Positions 48,701-60,700 of a stretch of 64,000 nucleotides of DNA are shown here, one piece after another. Made by a program: the position numbers and the translations under genes. Where the stretch lies: assembly GCA_030390025.1 (NCBI GenBank), contig CM059432.1:28584001-28648000 (forward strand), written 5' to 3'. This stretch comes from Squalus acanthias (taxonomy: Eukaryota). The first letter of the stretch is position 1, and each line of letters opens with the position of its first letter. Under the pieces are notes generated by a model. That model did no database searches. It was not told the DNA's origin and saw only the letters and a list, made by a program, of their open reading frames with translations.

Positions 48701-51700
48701 GTCGCCAGGGAGAGAGATGAAGTTGGTGGCTAGGGAATGGAGTTTGTGGCGAGGTCCGAAGACAATGGCTTCAGTCTTCCCAATATCCAGTAGTGGATGT
48801 CGGACAAGCATTCAGACAACTTAGAGATAGTGGAGGGGTCGAGAGAGGTGGTGGTGAGGTAGAGCTTGGTGTCGTCAGCATACATGTGGAAACTGATGCT
48901 GTGTTTTTGGATGATGTCACCAAGGGGCAGCATGTAGATGAGAAATAGGAAGGGGCCAAGGATAGATCCTTGGAGGACACCAGATATAACGGTGCGGGAG
49001 CGGGAAGAGAAGCCATTGCAGGTGATTCACTGGATGATTCTCTGAAATGAGTGAAACAGAGTTGGAAGGAATGAGTGAAAGCCAGAGGGCAGGAATGAGT
49101 GAATGGCTTGAGGGTGCAATGGGGAACGGCAGAGTTAGGAATGAGTGAAAGGAAAAGGGTAGGAGTGAGTGAAAGGCAGAGGGTAGGAATGAATGAATGG
49201 CTTAAGGTTGCAATGGTGGAAAGGCAGAGACAGGAATAAGTGAAAGGCAAAGGTAGGAATGAATGACTGCCAACCACATCATCTGGATATCCCTGTCATT
49301 CTAGTGTATGTACAGTATGTGCTCAATCTACTTCCATATGCCCAGCTTAGCACACAACCCCTATCCTTCTACTCCTGGTTAAATTGCAAACCCCTTGGAT
49401 GAGGATAGAATTATTGAATACCTTATTGACCATCACTGTCAAGACTCACACATCAATAATCACCTCTTGAATGGTGGATTGGAGGGTATTTCATCCCATT
49501 GGGACCATGCATCAAGCTTCAGGAGAAGAAAGGCAGAGAGGAGACATTCTGGATATTGGCTTAGCTGGATTACTGAGTCCAAATGTATGAGGGACAGAAT
49601 TATCTTGGATCGGTGTACATCGAAAGATCTGACTAAATTAACACTATGCTGATCTTGCCGACCAGTACTTAAGCCAAAATATCCTGCCAATCTTATTAGC
49701 ATAACGTAAAACCCGGCGTAAACAATCGGGAGCCAAGGAAAGCACGGTACTTAGATAGATAGACCTTCATTTATATAGCGCCTTTCACCTCCTTTGCGTC
49801 AGCACAATGATAACGGTGTGAGAAGAAAGGCTTAAAAACAAAGAAAGAAAGAACTTGTATTTATATAGGACCTTTCACAACCTCAGGAAATCCCAAAGCG
49901 CTTTATAGCCAATTAAATACTTTTGAAGTGTAGTCACTAATGTAATGTAGGGAAGCGTGACAGCCAATTTACACAGAGCATGGCCCCACAGACAGCAAAG
50001 AAATAAATGAGCAGATAATCTGTTTTAGTGATGTTGATTGAGGGATAAATATTGACCAGGACACCGGAGCGACCTCCCCTGCTCTTCTTCGAAATTGCAC
50101 CATGGAATCTCTTATATCCAGTTAAGAGAACAGACGGGGCCTTGCTTTAACATCTCATCTGAAAGACAGCACCATCGACAGCGCAGCACTCCCTCAGTAT
50201 TGCACTGCAATGTCAGCCGAGATTTGTGTTCGAGTCTCTGGAGTGGGACTTGAATCCACAGCCTTCTGACTCAGAGGCAAAAGTGCTACCACTGAGCCAT
50301 GGCTGACACCGAGGGGAGGGGGCATTTTAATATTCTGGGTGAGTGCCAGAGCCATTTACAGTGTTATTGGGGCATCTGCTGCAGGTTGTCTGCTCTGACG
50401 GTTTCTGTATTTGCCGTAAAATTTAACCCAAAGGCCCTCAGCGATGGTGAACAGCAGTGATGCACAGGTGTCCCTTGTGCCCAGCGTTGCTAGGGTGCAA
50501 ATGACGGGAAGTACATTGTATCTACATATTTGGGCAGGCATATTAAGCGCCAGATATCACTTCTGGCAGCTGATATTCCTCCTTTGTGCCTCCAGGTTAG
50601 ACTGATTTACCGGCAGAACCTGACACGAAATGTGCGGCTAAGAATGTTTCACAGCTTTGATTTGCTGGAAAGAAACTTCTTGGAGACAGCTTTAACAATG
50701 GAGAAGGGAGTTCCACTCAAGATCACGTGGTGAGGCCAAGAATGCTGACAGATGAAGGACTTGGGCTGGGACTTTCAAAGATATGAGGAAGCAGCTGTTG
50801 ATTGAAGGCTCGAAATTCCCCTGGTTTGCACCTTCCGTTAGCATCTCCGGTGGGCGATAACTGGGCGCTACCGGCTTTGCGACTGGGTGCGGCAAGAGTA
50901 CCGACGCCCGCAAACTTCCCCTGCAGGTTAGCGGCGGCAGTAACCCCTAAAGCCACAATCTCCTGTGCCCCGTTTTGTGACGTCATCCGGAGCGCAGCGC
51001 CCCGGTACCGCCCCGGATGCGAACTTGGCTTCTGCCCCCTGCAGCATTGCAGGGCATCAACACCGGCAGCTGCAGGAGGCGTTGTCACCACGGATGGCCG
51101 CTTGGGGAGCAATAGTTAAAGGGATTGCCGGTGAGGTAGGCGAAAAATGTTTCGTCAAGGCTCTCTGCATTTTTTTCTGTTTTTCAGGTGCTGCGATTGA
51201 TCAGCCCTGCACTCTGTTAGAGTGCTTGGAGCTAATTGGCACCGATCGGAGGTGCCCTGGGCGATCAGAGGATTTGTTTTCTGGCAGAGCTTGCAGTGAT
51301 GGCCCTCGGCGATCAGGGGATTTGTTTTCTGGCAGAGCTTGCAGTGATGGCCCTCGGCGATCAGGGGATTCGTTTTCTGGCAGAGCTTGCAGTGATGGCC
51401 GTCAGCGATCAGAGGATTCATTTTCTGGCAGAGCTTGCAGTAATGGCCCTCGGCGATCAGGGGATTCGTTTTCTGGCAGAGCTTGCAGTGATGGCCCTCG
51501 GCGATCAGAGGATTTGTTTTCTGGCAGAGCTTGCAGTAATGGCCCTCGGCGATCAGGGGATTCGTTTTCTGGCAGAGCTTGCAGTGATGGCCCTTCCCTT
51601 TAAGGGAGGGAAGGAGCCTCTGATCCCGGCAGCGCTGCACTGGACATTGTGCAGCGCTCTGCCGCTACCGCCCCCTCATGCCTGGTTTAGCGCTCCAAGG

Positions 51701-54700
51701 GAAGTGGTAGCGCTTGATTTAGCGCTCCACTTCCCTCCTGGAGCACTAAACCGGAAGTCCGCGTCCGTTAGCATTGGGTAGCGCCCGGCGATACTTTTGC
51801 GCTCCCACAAAAGTTAATGGGCTGATACCCAATTTCTCCTCCTGAATGTTTAAATAACCAAAATTCCAATGATCTCGTTGCACCGGTGAAGTGTGACAGA
51901 GCAAGGCCTGAGCCATTGTCTCCAGCCTAAGGAGAAAGAAAGAAAGGCTTGGATTTGTATAACACCTTTCACGCCTCAGGACATCCCCAAGCGCTTTACA
52001 GGCAGTACTTTTTTGATGTGTAGTCACTGTTCAAGTATAGAAAAATTGGCAACGGCCAATTTGCACACAGCTAGGTCCCACAAACAGCAATGTGATAATG
52101 ACCAGATAATCTGTTTTGGTGATGTTGATTGAGGGATAAATATTGGCCAGGACACTGGGGATAACTCCCCTGCTCTTCTTCGAAATAGTGCCGTGGGATC
52201 TTTTACGTCCACTCGAGAGAGAGAGCAGACGCCGGGCCTCAGTTTAACGTCTCATCCAAAAGACGGTACCTCTGACAGTGCAGCACTCCCTCAGCACTGC
52301 ATTGGGAGTGTCAGCCTGAATTACGTGCTCAAGTCTCTGGAGTGGGACTTGAACCCACGACCTTCTGATTCAGACACTTAAGCCATCTTCCTTCTTTATG
52401 AAAATTAGTCTGAAACTATCAAACCCATTGGGTAACCCATTGGGCATCGCATGCTCAAGAGAATGCAATCATGGAAGTTTTTCAGTTTTTTATGCAATAC
52501 TTTCTGATACCATAAAAATGCATCCAAAGACATAAAAAGTACAGTGAAGTCTCATTAAGATCATTTTAGTGATCTGTGTACATGGATCCCATAAGCTCTT
52601 TGGAGCCCCACTGCTCCTAACTTTTCACCATTTAAAAATTACTCGGATCTATCCTGTTTTGGTCCAAAATGGATGGCCTCACACTTACCTGCATTGAAAT
52701 CCATCTGCCACAGTTTTGCCCATCTTTGTGTCATTGGCAAACTTAGATATATGGCTCTCTATTGTGTTATCTAAATCATTATTAAATATAGTGAATAGTT
52801 GAGGCCCCAGCACAGATCCTTGTAGGACACCACTAGTCACTTCCTTCAAATTCAAGTAAATACCCATTATCCCTACTCTCTGTCTTCTACCGCCTAACCA
52901 ATCACCTAACCAGGTACATAATTTGCCTTCAATTCCATGAGCTTTAATTTTCGCTAACAGTCTCTTATGTGGAACCTTATCGAATGCCTTCTGGAACTCA
53001 GTATAAAATACATCCGTAGACATTTCCCTGTCTACTACTTTAGTTACTTCCTCAAACAATTAAATTAAATTCATTAGACATGACCTACCCTTTACAAATT
53101 TATGTTGACTCTCTCTAATCTGCTCAAATTTATCTAAATGCTCAGTCCTACTCTCCTTAATTATAGATTCCAATAATTTCCCCACAACAAATGTTAGACT
53201 AACAGGTCTATAATTTCCTGGTTTCTCTCTCTCTCACGTTTCTTAAATAATGGAGCAATTTTCCAATCTAAAGGACAATTCCCGAATCGAGAGAATTTTG
53301 GAAGTTTATGGCTAAAGCATCTGCAATGTCCTCACCTACTACTTTTAAAACTGCGGTGGAAACCACCAAGTCCTGGGGATTTGTCAGTCTTTAGTGCCAT
53401 TATTTTTTCTAAGACCGTTTTCTTGCTTACATTAACTTTAGTGAGTTCCAGTCATTGGTACATTATTAATTTCCCTGGAAAGCCAGGTATATTATCCTCT
53501 TCTTCTATTGTGAAGACTGATACAAAGTAATTATTCAACATGTCTGCCATTTCCTTATTTTCATTTGCAATATTACCTCCATCTGTTTTTAAAGGGCTAC
53601 CCTTTTTCTACTAATATAATTGTAAAACCTTTTTGTGTTAATCTTGATATCCCTCAAAAGTTTCTTTTCGTATTCCCATTTTGCAGCTTATTATCTTTTT
53701 TGTCTTCCTTTACTGTTCATTATATCTCTCCCAGTCCCCTGGATTTACATTATTATTTGCACATTTATATGTTTGTTCCTTTAGTTTTATAGAAACATAG
53801 AAAAATAGGAGCAGGAGTAGGCCATTCGGCCCTTCGAGTCTGCTCCGTCATTCAATATGATCATGGCTGATCCTCTATCTCAATACCATATTCCCGCTCT
53901 CTCCCCATACCCCTTAATGCCTTTTGTATCTAGAAATCTATCTATCTCCTTCTTAAATATATTCAGTGACTTGGCCTCCACAGCTGTCTGTGGTAGAGAA
54001 TTCCACAGGTTCACCACCCTCTGAGTGAAGAAATTTTTCCTCATCTCAGTCCTAAATGTCCTACCCCGTATCCTGAGACTGTGACCCCTCGTTCTCGACC
54101 CCCCAGCCAGGGGAACCATCCTCTCTGCATCCAGTCTGTTTAGCCCTGTCAGAATTTTATACGTTTCAATGAGATCCCCTCTCATTCTTCTAAACTCTAG
54201 TGAATACAGGCCTAGTCGACCCAATGTTATGTTATCTATGTTATCTCTCACCTCTTTTGCCCACCATGGCTGTTTTATTTGGTAAGTAGGGGTATATATT
54301 GATGCTGTATTAAGCTAAATTCATTTTTGAACATAGAGACATTGGTCCCTGCTGCCCCTAATTTTTTTTTTGCTTAAATCTACACCTGCCAAAAACTAGT
54401 GTAAATGCAGGAAATTTGTGTGAGCTGCACTTTTGCATGAGGGTGGAGCTATGTTAATGAGCAGCAGAAGGTTTTGGTAAAGGCTTTGCAGAATCAGCGG
54501 GAGAGATCGTGAAAATTCAGGCGCAAGATAAAAGCTGGCATAAGTCGCTGACACTTGAATTTCCTCGACAGTTTGAGCTTAAAATCGGCATGGCGCAGTA
54601 CTTACGCCAATGTGTCGGCACAAGCTTCCAGGAAATTCCAGGCCAGAGACTGCTTCTGATAATTGCTTTTTTCCCCCCCAGAACATAGTCATCATGCATT

Positions 54701-57700
54701 TGCTGCAGTGACCAGAGCTGCACAGCAGAGCGCAGCAGTGATGATTCTGGTCTCAGTCTGCAGGCCTTGCGTAACGCACTGGAACACAGACCCAGGGAGC
54801 TGAGCAGCCGCGCCTGACAGGGTTTCCATAAATCTGACAGATGACAGATGGCTGACCTTAAAGGGGCAGTATCTGTCAGAACTCCTCTCCTACAAGGGAG
54901 ATATCCCTGCATACAAACCACAATCTGGAGCAAAGACGGTGACAGGAATTCAAATTTGCCACAGTTTTTACAATAATGAATGCAAAGAACTCTCTCACAT
55001 TTAGCAGGAGTCTAACGTGGGTGATTTCAATCCCCTACCCTTTTGCCTTGATCTCCTACATGCCTGCATTGTGCTGGTAATTCCCAGCCTATCTCCTGCT
55101 TTCTCTCACTGGAAAACAAGGGAAGATAAGGTATTGCGATGTGTGGGTTATTACATATCTGCTCTCTCACTCATTTTGGTTCAAATGTGTAGCCTACTTT
55201 GATGTATCTCACTCTTTAGTATAACACAGCCCCATACATTTCAAAGGTTTGTGATCAATCTCACTCCTTTTAATTCTAAGTTTCACTCTTAATGGTTCTC
55301 TGATCTTGACAGCTACTGTGCTTTATAGAAATATTGAAGATATGGAGGTAATTTTGACTTTGTGCGATAGTGTGAAATGGGTGATAGCGAATCAACAGCC
55401 CGTTTTACATCTCTCCCAATTTTTATTTCCATTAAAGTCAATGGCTGCCGACTCGCTATCACCCATTTTACACTATTGCACAAAATTACCCCCCTAAGTC
55501 CAATAGTTTTAATAGAGAGATTTCACTGCCAGTCTGCATGCTGGAATAGCCCTACGTGCCTAACACATTTACAATCTCACAGCCAGGAGAGCTGAGAAGA
55601 GAGAAAGAAAATTTCAGAGGCGGGGGAATGGAGAAAAAGAAGTCTTGAAATCATCCCAACCTGCTTTTGGGCTATTAATGAAACACTGTCTATTTCATTT
55701 TCTACTCTTTCTATCTGTCTCTCTCTCTCAACTTGTCCCCATCTCTCTAGTGTTAGCTGTGGCTCAGTGGTAGCATTCTCACCAGCAACTTGAGCACATA
55801 ATCTAGGCTGACACTTCAGTGCAGTACTGAGAGTGCTGCACTGTTAGAGGTGTTGTCTTTTGGATGAGATGTTAAACCGAGGACCCGTCTGCCCTCTCGG
55901 GTGGACGTGAAAAGATCCCATGACATTATTTGAAGAAGAGCAGGGGGTAAAAATTCAGTTGGTTGCGCCTCCCGTTAGCGCCTTAAGAGGGCGCTAATGG
56001 GGCGCAAAGCATCTAGCGCCCAGGCGTGGCGAAGTTTGCGCTGCTCGCGAAATTAACTAGACATTTTGCGGCGGCGCTAAACACTACCACCACGATCTCC
56101 TGCGCCGGCAGATCGTGACGTCACTCGAGTGCGCAACACCCCGGTATCGCCCCGGAGCGGATATTGAGTGGCGCCCCCTGCCTTACCGCCTGACGCTAGC
56201 AACGACAGGTTGAGGGGAGCGTTCTGCAGTCATGAAGGGAAAGGGGGAGCGCTATTTAAAGGTGACCGCTTCCTGCCTTTTATTGTTGGTGCCATTTTTG
56301 AACTATGCATTCTGAGAGAGAGAGGGAGAGACTTCTGGAGAGATTCAACGTTGTGTGAAGGAGTTTTGGGTACTGAGCAGCACTTTGCAGGTTCATTTTG
56401 ATTTGCCATTCCTTGTATCGATTTAGCAGAGACTGTGGGGGCTGCACTCTGAGCTCTTTGCCTGGTACTCTCCATTGTTCTTTCCAGCACATTTAATGTG
56501 CAGGTCTCTCCAGGCCGAGATTCAAGGCTGCAATGAGCAGGATGTGGATGGAAAGCAAGATTAACCATCCTCTTTAAGAACTGGCCCGTGCCATTGTGTG
56601 TGTGTTCCATTGCTGACTGACATCACATGAGCTTCGCCAGCGCTCTGAGGTAGCGCCTCGCTCCTCGGCCTTTGCGCCTTAAGACAGGTGTGAAGCGCCT
56701 GATTTAGCGCTGCAATCACCTCCAGGGGCGATAAAAGTCAAGTTTGCAGTCGGTGGCGATAATTAGCGCCAGGCGCTAATCTTTGCGCCCGGCCGATAAT
56801 TGCGCCCCAAATGGGGTGATACTGAATTTCTCCCCCCAGGAGTCCTACAGGGTTAATGAAGATAGTGCAGTAGATGTTGTATATATGGACTTTTAAAAGG
56901 CATTTGATAAAAGTACCTCATAACAGACTTACTTGAAAAATAGAAGCACAAAGGGATGGTGGTAACTTGGGTATGTCATTGGCTAAAGGATAGGAGGCAG
57001 AGAGTAGCGGTGAACGGATGTTTTTCTGACTGGAGAGAAGTATGCAGTGGGGTCATCCAGGGGTCGGTATTAGGACCATTGCTTTTTTTGTTATATGGGG
57101 CATTGAATACAAAAACAAGGAAGTCATGCTAAACCTTTAAAAATCTCTGGTTAGGCCTCAGCTAGAGTATTGTGTACAATTCTGAGCACCACACTTTAGG
57201 AAGGGTGTCACGGCCTTGGAGAGGGTACAGAGGAGCTTTACCAGGATGATACCAGGGATGAGGAACTACAGTTATGTGGGAGATAGGAGAAGCTGGGATT
57301 GTTCTCCCTAGAGCAGAGAAGGTTAAGGGGAGACTTAATAGAGGTATTCAAAGTTCTTGGAGAGGTTTTGATAGAGAAAGTAGGGAGAAACTGTTTCCTC
57401 TGGCAAGTGGGTCGGTAACCAAAGGAAACAGATTTAAAATAATTGGCAAAAGAAGTAGTGGGAAAATGAGGTTGTGAAAGGCGCTATGTAAATGCAAGTC
57501 TTTCTTACTTTCTTTCTCTCCAGATGTGTCAACATGAGGAATATATTAAAAATTTGGGACATCCTGAGGATGTGAAAGGTTCTATATAAATTCAAATTAT
57601 TTCTTTGAAATGGGAGGAATCCCTGTCTTTCTCTCTCCCTATTTTCCCTGTATATGTTTATGGTTTCTCTAGCCTTGTCACTTGGTTTCCCTATCTGTGA

Positions 57701-60700
57701 CACCCACAATCTTTCAGCTTCTCATCTTTGGCATTGTTTCCTTCTCACCAGACAGCTCCACTCTGCCTCTGGTATCAAGCACACTGACCTATTGTCACAC
57801 GTCTCTGCTCTCTCAATTTTGCACTGCGCACACATCTTTGTGTTTCAGTATTGAAATAAATGTGGCACCGTTAGTGACAAGACATAAAGCAGCTAAGAGG
57901 GGAAAACTGGGTTTAGTCTATTATGGGCGCGTGATCCTCCCTGCCCAATTTTCCTCTCTGGACTGTGCCCAGGCAATTCTTTATGCCCAATTATTAAAGA
58001 CAGAAATCTACATCAATGAATCTTGTCATTAAAAATTAGCTTGTCTCTGCTTCCTTTAATGTTTGCCACCCAGTAAGTCTGTGGATATTTTAAGATGCAG
58101 CTTTGGGTTTTGAAGATATTTAAGGGACTTCTTTCCTATTATGGCTGCCTATTGTTTTAAGCCAAACTTTAAGAATAAAACCTTTCCCTGCGTGTGGCTT
58201 ACCAGTGATATGTGCACAACAAACATTCCCCAAAGTGCATATCAGCACCTGCACTTAAGAGGGCTTTTCCTGTTGTTGTTCTGCATTATGGGAAATGAGG
58301 CCCTTTGTATGTGTAAGATTGTGAACCTAAGGTGAAATGGTGAAGAGGTCACAATCACACATGTGGCATTCTTACATAATCTTGTCTGCCTTGTGCTTTC
58401 TATCTCCCTGTTACTCCTTCCATCTCAGTCTGCCTCAGTATCTCTCTCTTTTATATCTACACCAGTGTGTGAGTGTCTGTCTGTCTTTCTCATTCACTGC
58501 GTAGAAGGCCTGTCTTCCTGTTTATACCTTTATACAGATACATTTTCCTGTAAAACAGAGGAATTCTGTAAGGCAGAGTATTTCATATTGTCATTGTAGG
58601 TTCAATCCCCAATCCAAGCTATGAGAATATAATCCAGACTGACCCTTTGATGCAGTACTGAGGGAATGTTGAATTGTTGGAGTTTTTGTTGGGATGAGCT
58701 GTTAAACCAAGGCCCAATTTGCTTGGTTCAGTAATTATAATAGATGTAAAAAGATCTCATGGTACTATTCTTGAAGAGCTGGGTGTTCTGACCAATGTTC
58801 TTCCCTCAACCAATAACAGCTTAAGTGGTTGTTCATCTCATTTACTGTTTATGGGAAATAAACAGTAAATGAGATGAACATGTAGAACAGTAGATGAGAT
58901 GTCTCTCAATGTCTCTTAATCTCTCCTGCTTTCTATCCTATCACTGACCTTCCCTTTTGTTCTTTCATCCCCTCCCCCTTTTCCCAGCCCCTAAACTTGC
59001 TTTAAAATCTATTCCATTTCCTGCTTTTTTCCAGTTCTGACGAAAGGTCTTCAACCTGAAACGTTAACTCTGTTTCTCTCTCCACGGATGCTGCCTGGCC
59101 TGCTGAGTTTTTCCAGCGTTTTCTGTTGTTATTTCGGATTTCCAGCATCCGCAGTATTTTGCTATTGTACTGTTTATGGGACCTTGCTCTGCACAAGATG
59201 GTTTTCACATTATCCTACATAACAACAGTGACTGCACTTCAAATTGCAATTCATTGGTTGTGAAGATCTTTGGGAATTCCTGAGGATATGATAAGGCATT
59301 ACATAAATGGAAGTTCTTACTTCTTTCTTCCTTTCATCATTTCTGATTAAAGTACATAAAAACATTAAGAGGGGCCTTTCTGACGGAACACTCAATCAGC
59401 TTCTGCTGCCCTGCATCATTTCCTATTTCAGGGATATCACTTCCTGTCAGATGTCATGTTTGAACACTGCTGGCAGCAGATAGTGATGCCAAATACCAGA
59501 ATATTGTCCTTTGGCAATCTATACTAAGCTTGGTAGGCAGGAGATGGAAGATTAACCCCATGGATGCTGAAATTCTCATAAGGAAGGAAGGAAGGAAGAA
59601 AGCAAGAAAGGAATAAAGAAAGAAAGAAAGAAAGAAGAGAAAGCAAGAAAGAAAGCAAGAAAGAAAATCAATCAATCAATCTGTTCTTAGGTGTTGGTTG
59701 AGGAACAAATGCTGGCCAGAACACCAGAGAGAACTCCCTGGTCTTCTTTGAATAGTGCCTTGGGTTTTCTTACGTCCACCTGAGAGGGCAGATAGGGCCT
59801 CAGTTTGTTAAGATTGGTTTTTTTCTGTAGCAAAGTGTAAAGTCTGGAGCATGATGGCTGGAGCGTGACACCTGGGGTGTAACGTATGCAGCGTGACATC
59901 TTGAGCTTGATGTCTGCAGCAGGGTGCCAGCAGTGTGATGTATGTGTGATAGACACATATACGGATATATAGATACTTCATTTATTTCCATGATAGATCC
60001 CCTTTGTATTATACACTTCCCTTACAGAAACTAATGGTTAAATGGGGAGGAGCGAAATTCCTCTTGGTATCCCATGATGCTAAACCAACGGATGGGAAGC
60101 AGAATTAATTTTATTCATTTTACATTTCATTTACTTTCCTTAACTTTTTAACTTAGAAAATTCAGCATTTTTCTTGAGGATGGGGGAGAGATTGTTGATT
60201 ACTGTTAGATTTTTTTCCAAAGGGGGTGAGGTGTTATGATACAGAGAAGCTATTATACATGGGAGGGGCAATGGTCAAGGAATGCTAACAGTAGTCTCAG
60301 TGAGAAAGGTGGGAGCACTTGAAAGATACTGCAGTCTGTTTATGGAGAAAAAATCGTGAAAGGACAAGGTTCATAGCAAAAGGACACTACCCAAGCTGAG
60401 AAAGAGAGGAGCTGAACAAGTCAAGAAGTAGTGATTCGATGCAAATCGTGATTCACCTTGTCTAATGAGAACAAGTAACTAGAGGGTATTCCATTTATAT
60501 CAAAGTGACCATTAGAGCACAGAGCAGCTTGAAGTCCCTGCTGATGATAAAAAGCTCACTGATAACAGCCGACTTCATAAAAGCAAATGGTCTGTCTTAA
60601 GGCTGAGAAGAGATTCCCTGAAAGGAGGTTAACAAGTGAGGATGCAACCTTTTGAAGTAGAGGTCGCAGGGGTCTGATAGATTTCCTACTCTGGCCACAA

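Larger units (their letters stand above)
58598..59330 (+). mobile_element. Deu-type SINE split by a Penelope 3' remnant
   Basis: SINE sequence resumes after a duplicated tactgtttatggga. Confidence 0.7.

Noticed and set aside
50965..51781. Overlapping 161-212-aa repetitive ORFs
   Set aside because: They arise from the 48-bp array inside a GC-rich transposon.
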